NCBI GenBank assembly: GCA_965370365.1
Contig: CBDUSP010000003.1
Location: 1 to 50,525 of the forward strand
Length of the DNA stretch: 50,525 nt
Direction: 5' to 3'
Source: an uncultured bacterium
Lineage (GTDB): Bacteria > Chlamydiota > Chlamydiia > Chlamydiales > SM23-39
The notes beneath the pieces were generated by a model. It worked only from the letters and a program-made list of their open reading frames with translations. It made no database searches and was not told the DNA's origin. Shown here piece by piece: positions 8,447-17,254 of this stretch. A program made the position numbers and the translations under genes. Numbering within the stretch: position 1 is the first letter of the stretch; every line of letters begins with the position of its first letter.

Positions 8447-8767
8447 ACCCTTGGGCTCTTAAGTAGGCTAGGAAATTTTCATTCGGAAAAACCAAAGATC
8501 TCTTCGAGGCTCTTTTCTTGTGAGCGTTTCGTTGATTTTGGCGTGATAGAGTGTTTTTTAATATTATACCCTAAGAAAAGTGCAACAACTTCGAATTCAC
8601 TACCTTTTTCAGAAGATCAAAATCCCTTTTATGAAGAAGAAAAAGGCTGTATTGGGGACTTTAGAAAGATCTGTGTTGAAGCGATATCTCTTAAAAGAAG
8701 GCGAGTCTGTTGACCTTCTTCGTGAGTTTTTCAAGTCATGTGAAAATGAGCAACCATGCATCTTATT

Positions 8768-9874
8768 TTAGAGGGTTGTGTCTGTTTCTAGTTCCTTCTT
8801 CAGTTGTTCAATCGCATTCTGAAGCGTCTTTCTTTGTGTTGAAACTTGCTCTTTTTCAGTTTCTGTTGCCGGGGGAAGTGCGCGAAAAAGGCCGTTGGAA
8901 AACGTATCAATAGAAGAAACATAAACTTTAACCTTACCGGCCGTTTCTTGCAAAGGTTCGATTGACATAATCCCGATTTTCATCAGGGAAGCTTCTATCA
9001 TGTGCTCAGCGAGAACATAGTAGACATGTTCTTTATCTCCTTGTTTCTGAGTCCCAACAACGATCACATCTTGAAAGCATGGTTGCGTGGGGTTTGTAGA
9101 TGTAGGGCATGAGGGCTTTCGTGTTGCACCGGGCTTCCATCCATGAACGGCTAACTGAGGCGCCTCCCTTATTTGATTCAGAAAGATGGTAGGTTCATCA
9201 GCATAAAAATTTGGACCAATGTCAGTCTCCGCGACAAAAGGACCATAGGATAAAGCATCTCGTAAAAGTTGATGAGTAACAGGGATAGTAGGATCGCGCA
9301 TTTTATTAAAAGGAGCTCTCCAGCTTTCTGGGAACTCAGTCTCACGAAGCCCCATCTTTACGAACATCGTAGCCGGCACTTCAGGATGAAATAGGGTTTG
9401 CGGACTTGAAATCGGCGAACTGGTTGGTGTCCCAGTTCCCCCATGAGTATTTACATTGGTGAATGAAGTGTGATTCGCGTTTGGTGCTTCTTTTGTTTCA
9501 GAGGTTATATTTATAGGGCTTGCGTTTGCAGAGGAATGCACACAATCAAGCGCAAAGGCAGCTCCTAAAACCTGGAGTGGCGGCTGTCCTGAGCCTAGAG
9601 CCAGTGTCGCAAAAACGCAGCTAGCTGAAGAATCAATGAGCGGCGATTGAGGAGCGGGCTCTGAGTCTGAAGTTAAGCAGGAAAAAGCGCTTTTCACTCC
9701 GTCTACTGCGACCTCTGCGACCCTAGCAACAACGGTTGTAAGTAATTCAGGGTTTGAGAAAAAAGTAGCAGAGATCCCTGCTAGCAATGGTTGTTCGAAG
9801 AGGGCTAAATCAGAGGGGATGACAGCCGTGTTGCTTTGTAAAGGATAGGTGTGATTTCTAAGTGATAAGCCCAA
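8768..9874 (-). CDS. Hypothetical protein, candidate effector; C-terminal half weakly resembles a papain-like (C39/AvrRpt2-type) fold
   Basis: 368 aa ORF with TTG start and GAGG RBS, Ser/Thr/Pro-rich linker, and an LSYGPFV ... VIVVG ... HVYY pattern. Confidence 0.6.
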   Translation of the reverse strand: MGLSLRNHTYPLQSNTAVIPSDLALFEQPLLAGISATFFSNPELLTTVVARVAEVAVDGVKSAFSCLTSDSEPAPQSPLIDSSASCVFATLALGSGQPPLQVLGAAFALDCVHSSANASPINITSETKEAPNANHTSFTNVNTHGGTGTPTSSPISSPQTLFHPEVPATMFVKMGLRETEFPESWRAPFNKMRDPTIPVTHQLLRDALSYGPFVAETDIGPNFYADEPTIFLNQIREAPQLAVHGWKPGATRKPSCPTSTNPTQPCFQDVIVVGTQKQGDKEHVYYVLAEHMIEASLMKIGIMSIEPLQETAGKVKVYVSSIDTFSNGLFRALPPATETEKEQVSTQRKTLQNAIEQLKKELETDTTL

Positions 9875-9945
9875 TGAGTGCCTCGATAAAATTATGGTAA
9901 GCTTATACCAGCATTTTAATTATTTAGGCAAGCATTGATAAAGCT

Positions 9946-9979
9946 AAAAAATCGACTGAAAATTTTTATTTGGATAGAT
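9946..9979. repeat. Short palindromic repeat family C, degenerate copy
   Basis: AAAAAATCGACTGAAAATTTTTATTTGGATAG matches the reverse complement of 31589-31647. Confidence 0.5.
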
Positions 9980-10036
9980 TTGTGAAAAATAATCTTAAAA
10001 AGGAGAACATAGTATTTCAGAGAAAGGATCAAGGGG

Positions 10037-12019
10037 TTAATTGCCCATTTTGATCATCTCAAGGCTCTGATAGTAGCGCATTAAATCGCGCGCTTTTGCC
10101 GCATCTTCAAAACGCATCTCCTTTGAAGCTTTTCGCATTTCCGATTCGTATTGTTTGATTTTCGCTTCAAGATTTTTTAAGTCTGGATGCTCATCTTTTT
10201 TTACCTTCTCTTCTTTGGAAAACCCGAAAATTTCCTCTAAACTTCTTCCCTGAGAACGTTTCGTCGACTTTGGGATAATGTTGTGCTTTTCGTTATACGC
10301 TTGCTGCAATGATCTTCTTGTTTGGGTGATTTCTACTGTGCTTTGAATCGCCTTTGTTTGCTTGTCCGCGTAGAGAATCACTCTTCCATGGATATTGCGA
10401 GAGGCTCTTCCACATGTTTGAATGAGCGCTGTTTGAGAGCGCAAAAAACCCTCTTTATCTGCATCGAGAATGATGACAAGAGAGACTTCTGGGAGGTCTA
10501 GGCCTTCTCGAAGAAGGTTAACGCCGACAAGAACATCAAACTCTCCGTCCTGCAGAGCTTTTAGAATGTGAAGCCTTTCAAGCGTGTCGATATCTGAGTG
10601 GAGATATTTCGACTTTACTCCGATATCATTGAGGTATTTGGAGAGATCTTCGGAAAGTTTTTTGGTAAGTGTTGTGACAAGGATTCTTCGGTCTTTCATC
10701 GTCTCTTGGCGAATCTCTTCAAGAGCATCATCGACTTGTCCCGTTGCGGGCCGGATTTCTACGAGCGGATCGAGAAGGCCTGTTGGACGGATGATTTGCT
10801 CAATCACTTCTCCTTTTGCCTCATTAATTTCCCAAGGCCCTGGCGTTGCAGACACATAGACTGCTTGGTGGAATTTTGTGTAAGTCTCTTCAAACTTTAG
10901 GGGGCGATTATCAAAAGCAGAGGGCAGACGAAACCCAAACTCAATGAGAGAGTTTTTTCGCGATCGATCCCCGTTATACATGGCATGAAGTTGGGGAAGT
11001 GTTTGGTGCGACTCATCGATGATGAAGAGAAAGTCGTCTGGGAAATAGTCGATTAGACACGGCGGCGGATCTCCTGCGCTTCGTTTACTAAAGTGGCGTG
11101 AATAGTTTTCAACCCCTTTGCAGAACCCAATTTCTCGCATCATCTCTAGATCATAATTCGTTCTTTCTTTGATCCGTTGCGCTTCAATCAGGCGATTTTC
11201 TTTTTCAAAGTAGGCAATCCTATCCTTAAGCTCTTTTCTAATGGTATCCATTGCCTGATAGCGAACACTCTCTGGCGTTACGTGGTGAGAACCAGGAAAG
11301 ATGGTTATTGTTTTAAGACGCTTGCGCACGTTGCCAGTGATTGGGTCGATTTCACTTAGACGCTCGATTTCATCGCCAAAAAACTCTACACGGTAAGCCA
11401 AATCATCTTCATAGGCTGGGACAATCTCAAGAACATCCCCCCGCGCGCGAAAAGAGGCGCGCGATAGATCATAATCGCTCCTTTTGTAGTGAAGCTCGAC
11501 TAGGTGAAGGAGAACGTCGTCTCGTCTAACTTCTTGCCCGATTTCGAGCTTTAAAAGCATTTGGCTATAAAACTCGGGAGTTCCAAGACCGTAGATACAA
11601 GAGACAGAGGAGACGATAATCACATCAGAGCGTTCGATGAGTGAGCGCGTGGCGCTAAGTCTCATTTTTTCAATGCGATCGTTGATCGCAAGATCCTTTT
11701 CGATATAGGTATCTGTCCGCGCAATATACGCTTCTGGCTGATAGTAGTCGTAGTAGGAAACAAAATATTCGACAGCGTTTTCAGGGAAAAACGCCTTAAA
11801 CTCTTGAAAGAGTTGAGCTGCGAGCGTTTTGTTATGGGCTAAGATAAGCGTTGGTTTTTGCGCTTTTACAATGACATTTGCCATTGTAAAGGTCTTTCCA
11901 GATCCCGTGATGCCAAGAAGAACCTGCGCTTTTTTGCCCTTTTTAACTCCTTCTGCAAGGCTATCGATTGCCTGGGCCTGATCGCCTGCGGGAGAAAAAT
12001 CAGACTTTAGCTTGAACAT
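10037..12019 (-). CDS. uvrB: Excinuclease ABC subunit B
   Basis: GITGSGKT Walker A, YFVSYYDYYQPEAY beta-hairpin, IDESH, NLLREGLDLPEV, C-terminal UVR coil. Confidence 0.98.
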   Translation of the reverse strand: MFKLKSDFSPAGDQAQAIDSLAEGVKKGKKAQVLLGITGSGKTFTMANVIVKAQKPTLILAHNKTLAAQLFQEFKAFFPENAVEYFVSYYDYYQPEAYIARTDTYIEKDLAINDRIEKMRLSATRSLIERSDVIIVSSVSCIYGLGTPEFYSQMLLKLEIGQEVRRDDVLLHLVELHYKRSDYDLSRASFRARGDVLEIVPAYEDDLAYRVEFFGDEIERLSEIDPITGNVRKRLKTITIFPGSHHVTPESVRYQAMDTIRKELKDRIAYFEKENRLIEAQRIKERTNYDLEMMREIGFCKGVENYSRHFSKRSAGDPPPCLIDYFPDDFLFIIDESHQTLPQLHAMYNGDRSRKNSLIEFGFRLPSAFDNRPLKFEETYTKFHQAVYVSATPGPWEINEAKGEVIEQIIRPTGLLDPLVEIRPATGQVDDALEEIRQETMKDRRILVTTLTKKLSEDLSKYLNDIGVKSKYLHSDIDTLERLHILKALQDGEFDVLVGVNLLREGLDLPEVSLVIILDADKEGFLRSQTALIQTCGRASRNIHGRVILYADKQTKAIQSTVEITQTRRSLQQAYNEKHNIIPKSTKRSQGRSLEEIFGFSKEEKVKKDEHPDLKNLEAKIKQYESEMRKASKEMRFEDAAKARDLMRYYQSLEMIKMGN

Positions 12020-13634
12020 GAGCCGCTTGCTTCTTCTCTAGGCGAACTTCAGAATCAAGTCGTCCAAGTGTGTGACCATCGTAGTCCACAAACTTGAAAA
12101 ATCGTTCAAATGCAGGGACGGCTTCGCTTGCTTGGTGGGCCATCTCTTGCGCGATCAACCGATAGCTTGGATGTCCTGCTGCTTGTGAACGAAGCTCGCA
12201 GAGCCATTGCAGCGCTCTTAGGTTAATATGGAAGTACCAGCGGACGTTATATGCCATAGGGACCACATATTGAGCTTCTTCAGGAAGTTCCTGCGCGATC
12301 GTGTCATAGGCTTCTTTTGCTTTATCCAGAGCTTCTCGATACGGCGCTTCCATCTCAGTGTCGATGATTTCTGGAGGGATATAATAGTCAAGATCGCAAG
12401 TCAGGATCTGTCTTTCTTGGGTCAGCATGCGATGGCGGTGAAGATCTCTGTACACGCCAAAATCTGCAACGATTTCAAAGGTAAAGAAGGCCTCTTCAAG
12501 GCCCCTAGGAGACTTATGTCTTCGATTTTCTCGTGATGCGCTTGCAGATTCAAGAATTAGGTCAATGTCTTCGTTTGAAAGAGCGTTGCAATAGCTTTGA
12601 ATTGAGCCTAAATCATTCTTTGTATCTGCAAAAAGAAGGGCGCTTGCAACCGTTTTTGGAGCCTTCGCATCGAACTTAACAAGTTTGACTCCTGGCTTAT
12701 TCTGCTTAGGAATAAGAAGGGAGTGACGTGTTGCTGTTTTGCGGATATCGCCTCGGATTTCTTCATGGAACTTTGCAAAGCCCTGATTGTGTTTGTGAGA
12801 GACTTCTGCTCTTCGAACAAACGAAGGAATCACTTTGGAGAGCTCTTGGTATGATTTTTTCCCCAGCTCCTTCATTTCAGCCAAGTTATCGCAGTTGAGC
12901 TTTTGGATGAGCGTTTCAAAAAAACGTCCATTTCCAAACATCCCCATATCTGTGAGCGTGCCTGCAGGAAGAAGGCCTCTTAAGCAATCAAGTACTTTTG
13001 CGCGCAGAGCCGCGTTGTACGCGTTTTGTGAAATAGCAGGGTCTTTTGGAAATCCTTTTCCAATGAGTTCTGTGAGTGGAGGAATCAACTTTCCATAGAC
13101 TTCAAAGAGATTTGTGCATGTATTTACAAAAAGATCGCGATAGGCAGAGGTCATAAGAACGGGTTCTTTGTAGAAGAGATATTCTCCACCAACTTTTTGA
13201 TCGAAGTAGATGTACCTCGTTGATTTTTCTAAAGGAGAGCCCCCAATTCTGCAATCTTCAATGGCTTTTGCTGCAAGCATCGAAACATTTTCGATGGCAA
13301 GGTGCGCGCCACCAAGCTCGCCGATGGAATCGTCTCCATAGCCGTCGAGGATGCGATCGTAAAACGCCTGCGCTTTTTGAACGGCAATCATTTGTTCGTT
13401 CGTATCAATATCAGAGGACTGTCCAGCAATGGACGCAAATTCAGTGTCTTCATTAAGGATGAACTCTTTTAATAAAAGAGCCCTGAGGCCTAAAGAAGAG
13501 CGAGAGTATCTCGAAAAAAGAGCGCCTTTAATGACTTCGGGCAAGTTTTTTAGGGCAAAAATATTTTCAGTTGTATTGGTAACAAAACGCTCAAGCGTCT
13601 TGATTTGATTTTCTGTGAATTTTTCATGATGCAT
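12000..13634 (-). CDS. thyX: FAD-dependent thymidylate synthase, long two-domain (chlamydial) type
   Basis: GALFSRYSRS, YGDDSIGELG, EKSTRY, DLHRHR and ELRS motifs; 544 aa. Confidence 0.93.
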   Translation of the reverse strand: MHHEKFTENQIKTLERFVTNTTENIFALKNLPEVIKGALFSRYSRSSLGLRALLLKEFILNEDTEFASIAGQSSDIDTNEQMIAVQKAQAFYDRILDGYGDDSIGELGGAHLAIENVSMLAAKAIEDCRIGGSPLEKSTRYIYFDQKVGGEYLFYKEPVLMTSAYRDLFVNTCTNLFEVYGKLIPPLTELIGKGFPKDPAISQNAYNAALRAKVLDCLRGLLPAGTLTDMGMFGNGRFFETLIQKLNCDNLAEMKELGKKSYQELSKVIPSFVRRAEVSHKHNQGFAKFHEEIRGDIRKTATRHSLLIPKQNKPGVKLVKFDAKAPKTVASALLFADTKNDLGSIQSYCNALSNEDIDLILESASASRENRRHKSPRGLEEAFFTFEIVADFGVYRDLHRHRMLTQERQILTCDLDYYIPPEIIDTEMEAPYREALDKAKEAYDTIAQELPEEAQYVVPMAYNVRWYFHINLRALQWLCELRSQAAGHPSYRLIAQEMAHQASEAVPAFERFFKFVDYDGHTLGRLDSEVRLEKKQAAHVQAKV

Positions 13635-13748
13635 TGGGACCCCCCTAGTTGGGAACCGGTCTCAAAAAACCGCCAGAAAATTTTACTGAGAAAGGTTCTT
13701 TCCCCAGCTTGCCATAGGGGTAATGGAGAGATCAAGAGATAAAGTTTT
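13584..13748. repeat. thyX 5' end / intergenic / PAP2 3' remnant, copy A (flank of cargo block 2)
   Basis: Homologous to 16331-16447. Confidence 0.85.
13653..13698. repeat. Short palindromic repeat family C
   Basis: GAACC...GGTTC ends with core CAAAAAACCGCCAGAAAATTTT; absent from the homologous position in the duplicate near 16395. Confidence 0.55.
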
Positions 13749-14130
13749 TATTCGGATAGGTTCAAAGGTTACAGCTTTCCTTGATCTCAGAAAGATTTTG
13801 AAAAATCGATGGAAATGTTTTCTAATAATAAGGTACGCTCGATGTCTTGTTGCCAAAAAGATCTGATTTATGTAAACTCAGGTCCATCAAAGGGCGGACA
13901 GTTTGCCCAAAAGGAAAAATATGAAACAGAAACTCAGTTGTCAGCAACGCCAAAGGTTGTCTTCGCAAGTACAATCTATTGGGGCTTTTTTCTACTCTAT
14001 TCCTTTCTCCTCTCAATCTCATCATCACCATCATCACTCCTAATATTGTTTTGTTTGTTGTTCTTTAACAATGAATAAAATTTTTTCGTTTTTTAATTAA
14101 ACTATTTTTGACTTTGAAAAGGATGTGTAT

Positions 14131-14910
14131 ATGTTTGGTGGTATTTTTAAATTTTTCAGTTGTTTGTGTCTTGTTTTGGGAGGTCTTTCTGCGATAGGAG
14201 CGGCTCAGCCAATGGATACCTTCACCGTGGGGACTACTTCTGGGTATGCCCCTTACGTGAGTCTCGACAGTCAAGGCCAGTATGAAGGTTTTGATATCGA
14301 TCTTGCAAAATTGATTGCAGAAAAATTAGATAAGAAACTTGTTATCAAGGATCTGGGAAGCATGCCAGCTCTTATGATTGGTCTTCGTCAGGGAAAAGTG
14401 GATTCTGTCATCTGGGGTATTTCAATCACTGAAGAAAGGGTAAAGCAGATAGACATGGTCTATTACCAAGGAGAAAAGGTCACGACGATGCCTCTGCTTT
14501 TCTGGGAAAAAATCCCTGAAAATGTCAAGGGTCCAGCAGACTTGAAAAATGACCAAAAAAAGATCGTGTGTGTTGAAGCGGGCAGTTATCAAGAGAAAGT
14601 GATGGAAAGCTACCCAGGTGTGACTCTTAAAAATGTCGATAAGATTACGGACGCGATCATGGAGGTCAAGTTTGGAAAGTCTCTTGCGGTTGCAGTTGAT
14701 AACTCCCTTGTCCCTTTCCTACTGAAACAAAATCCTAAACTGCGAGTTCTCTATTTTCCGTTGTCATCTAGTCAGCAATCTTTGGGAAATGGGATTTGCA
14801 TTAGTAAGGGAAACCCAGAATTCGTGGCACAGGTGAAAAGAGCCGTAGAGGAACTTGCAAGCGAAGGGAAAATGCAAGAGTTGGAAAAAAAGTGGAAAAT
14901 GGATTCTTAA
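14131..14910 (+). CDS. Polar amino acid ABC transporter substrate-binding protein (SBP family 3, ArtJ/HisJ/GlnH-like)
   Basis: Signal peptide, VGTTSGYAPY, GFDIDLA, GISITEER. Confidence 0.93.
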   Translation: MFGGIFKFFSCLCLVLGGLSAIGAAQPMDTFTVGTTSGYAPYVSLDSQGQYEGFDIDLAKLIAEKLDKKLVIKDLGSMPALMIGLRQGKVDSVIWGISITEERVKQIDMVYYQGEKVTTMPLLFWEKIPENVKGPADLKNDQKKIVCVEAGSYQEKVMESYPGVTLKNVDKITDAIMEVKFGKSLAVAVDNSLVPFLLKQNPKLRVLYFPLSSSQQSLGNGICISKGNPEFVAQVKRAVEELASEGKMQELEKKWKMDS

Positions 14911-14914
14911 GATT

Positions 14915-15589
14915 ATGGATGACAACGCTTATATTTCCTTATTTTCCCGGATTTTTCCTCTCCTTTTGAAGGGATTTGCCATGACTATGCGCATTTTGAT
15001 TAGCTCAGCGTCGTTGAGTCTGACACTGGGCTTGTTATTCGGGGCCCTCTCTTGCAAAAGACTAAAGATCCCGCTTCTTTCTCAGATAATAGAATGTTTG
15101 ACCTTTGTCTTGCGAGCGACGCCCTTTTTTGTACAACTCTTGCTCATTTATTTTGTCGTGCCAGATCTCTTAGGGGTCGCGCTCGACCCTTTTCCGGCAT
15201 CCGTTATTGCTTTAGGGCTTTGTTCGTCAGCCTATGTAGCTCAGATCGTACGTGGTGGCCTTAATTCAATCCCGTCAGCACAATGGGAAGGAGCTTTTTC
15301 CCTGGGAATGAACACAGTTCAAAGCCTTCGACACATCATTTTACCACAAATGGGACGTAACATTCTTCCCATGCTGAATAATGAGCTAGATTCCCTGTTA
15401 AAGAGCACTTCAGTTGTCTCTTCAATTGGACTTCTAGAACTGACTAGAATGGGTATGAATGCCGTTTCTAGGGAAATGCAACCGGTTGCCATCTATTTAA
15501 CAGTGGCTTGTTTCTACATCTGCATATCGGCATGTCTAAATTTAATCGGGCGGACACTTGAGATGAGGTTTCTTGATGTTAGAAATTAA
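14915..15589 (+). CDS. Polar amino acid ABC transporter permease
   Basis: RATPFFVQL, SSAYVAQIVRGG, Q.EGA.SLG EAA loop, LLKSTS; ATG start at 14915 preferred. Confidence 0.93.
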   Translation: MDDNAYISLFSRIFPLLLKGFAMTMRILISSASLSLTLGLLFGALSCKRLKIPLLSQIIECLTFVLRATPFFVQLLLIYFVVPDLLGVALDPFPASVIALGLCSSAYVAQIVRGGLNSIPSAQWEGAFSLGMNTVQSLRHIILPQMGRNILPMLNNELDSLLKSTSVVSSIGLLELTRMGMNAVSREMQPVAIYLTVACFYICISACLNLIGRTLEMRFLDVRN

Positions 15590-16304
15590 AAATTTGTCAC
15601 TAACAAAATCCAGCAAGCGAAGAAAAGGGCTAATTCTTAAGGAAGTATCTTTAACCATTCCTAAAAACAGAATCTCTTTATTCCTTGGGAAAAGTGGGTC
15701 AGGAAAAACGTCATTACTTCGCTGCATCGCGCAACTGGAAGCACAATATGTTGGAGAGATTTCATATCGGACTCAGCCAATTAAGCAACTCGCCCCAAAA
15801 GAACGCTGTCAAACCATTGGTTTTATTCCTCAGAATTTCTCTTTGTTCCCTCACATGAATGTTTTGGATAATTGTGCGAGTGCTTTGCGGGCTCTTTACG
15901 GGATGAAAAAAGATGTGGCTTATCAAAAGGTTCGAGAGGTGCTGTCCTCGCTCGATATGGAAAAGCTGGCTTTGTCAATGCCAAGTGAGCTGTCCGGTGG
16001 ACAGCAGCAAAGAGCTGCGATTGCCAGAGCGCTTGTGCTTAACCCCTCTTTTTTGTTGTTAGACGAACCTACCTCCGCATTGGATCCGGAAAATACAGAA
16101 CGATTCGTAAAGGTAGTTCAAAAACTCTCGCAGGAGGGAAAGGGAATCGTTATCTCGACTCAAGACATGACCCTGGCGACCAAGCTCCTTGATCTTGTTT
16201 ATTTCTTGGAGGAAGGCGTTCTTATTGAAAATTATGATGGAGAAGGAACGTCAGTTATCCCGCGAAGCAGCGACAGGATTTCCCAGTTTTTATATCGAAA
16301 ATGA
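15576..16304 (+). CDS. Polar amino acid ABC transporter ATP-binding protein
   Basis: GKSGSGKT, LSGGQQQR, LLLDEPTSALDPE. The H-loop reads STQD instead of THD. Confidence 0.92.
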   Translation: MLEIKNLSLTKSSKRRKGLILKEVSLTIPKNRISLFLGKSGSGKTSLLRCIAQLEAQYVGEISYRTQPIKQLAPKERCQTIGFIPQNFSLFPHMNVLDNCASALRALYGMKKDVAYQKVREVLSSLDMEKLALSMPSELSGGQQQRAAIARALVLNPSFLLLDEPTSALDPENTERFVKVVQKLSQEGKGIVISTQDMTLATKLLDLVYFLEEGVLIENYDGEGTSVIPRSSDRISQFLYRK

Positions 16305-16330
16305 TTCAAGAATCGGTTTTAGGCGGGTTC

Positions 16331-16447
16331 AAAGCGCTCGAGCGTCTTGATTTGGTTTTCTGTGAATTTTTCATGATGCATTGGGGAACCCCCTGGTGTT
16401 TTTAGCTTGCCATAGGGACATCTGTGAGATCAAGAGATAGAGTTTTT
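16331..16447. repeat. Duplicate junction, copy B: truncated thyX start plus PAP2 3' end
   Basis: The minus strand encodes MHHEKFTENQIKTLERF (identical to the thyX N-terminus), then homology stops. Confidence 0.85.
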
Positions 16448-17254
16448 TGTCTTTTGAATACACCACCAGCCGAAGAAACTAAACCAAAAGGCTCCGCAGA
16501 AGGAAAAAAGAGGTTTTATATCGGGAATTCTAGACCCAAAATACTCAAAAACAAAGGCACCTAAAAGCGCGCAAACAAACTCTGTTAAGCGAATTGTGTA
16601 GCGCTTTGTGGGTTTTCGTTTTTTTTGATCATATGCAAGTAACCCAGCTGCAATACCCATGGAGGCCCCGGTAAGATAGAGCAATTTTGGAGGATTGATC
16701 AGCAAAACCGTAAAAGGAAGAAGAAAACTAAAGAGTCGGTAGCGATTTGCAAAAAAGGGAAAGCCCTTTTTATATAAGACAAGTAAGAGGCCTCCCACGA
16801 CAAGTCCCCCCAAAATATCTATCGGGAAGTGAACTCCAAGATAAAGACGAGAAAAGCAAAGAATTAGGGCAAAAACGACCCCTAAAAATCGATACAGCGT
16901 CTTTTTGCTCTCAATGAAAAGGATTCCTGCATAAAGGACTGCACTTTGCGCCGCACCGCTTGGAAAACCGGGGGTTGAATGACACACGATCCCAAGCTCA
17001 GGCATAATTTGACACGGCCTTGGAAGACCAAAAGCCTGTTTTAAGAGCATGTTTATTACAAAACTTAAAAAGAAAATATAAAAGAGCCGAATCCCAATTT
17101 TTCGATCAATTACATACCACACAAAGCCAATAACAATGAGCACAAACCAAAAAGTATCAACAAAATCCAGGAGGGTAAACAGCGTATCTACAAAAGGGTT
17201 TCGGATTGCGGCTTGTAAAGACGCAACCCACTGAAGCTGAGAGGTATAAGTCAC
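16430..17254 (-). CDS. PAP2-family membrane phosphatase
   Basis: K..F..PRP, FPSGAA (His replaced by Ala) and SRLYLGVHFPID motifs. Confidence 0.88.
   Translation of the reverse strand: MTYTSQLQWVASLQAAIRNPFVDTLFTLLDFVDTFWFVLIVIGFVWYVIDRKIGIRLFYIFFLSFVINMLLKQAFGLPRPCQIMPELGIVCHSTPGFPSGAAQSAVLYAGILFIESKKTLYRFLGVVFALILCFSRLYLGVHFPIDILGGLVVGGLLLVLYKKGFPFFANRYRLFSFLLPFTVLLINPPKLLYLTGASMGIAAGLLAYDQKKRKPTKRYTIRLTEFVCALLGAFVFEYFGSRIPDIKPLFSFCGAFWFSFFGWWCIQKTKNSIS

Noticed and set aside
8369-8713. 114 aa ORF
   Set aside because: Only the first about 26 codons are the hdcA stub; the rest appears to be read-through into non-coding DNA.
12000-13634. Unusually long ThyX
   Set aside because: Tandem-domain ThyX is already known in chlamydiae.
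13770-14078. Short ORFs and low-complexity (TCA)n/(TTG)n tract upstream of the ABC operon
   Set aside because: No recognisable product; possibly a decayed gene, but not supportable.
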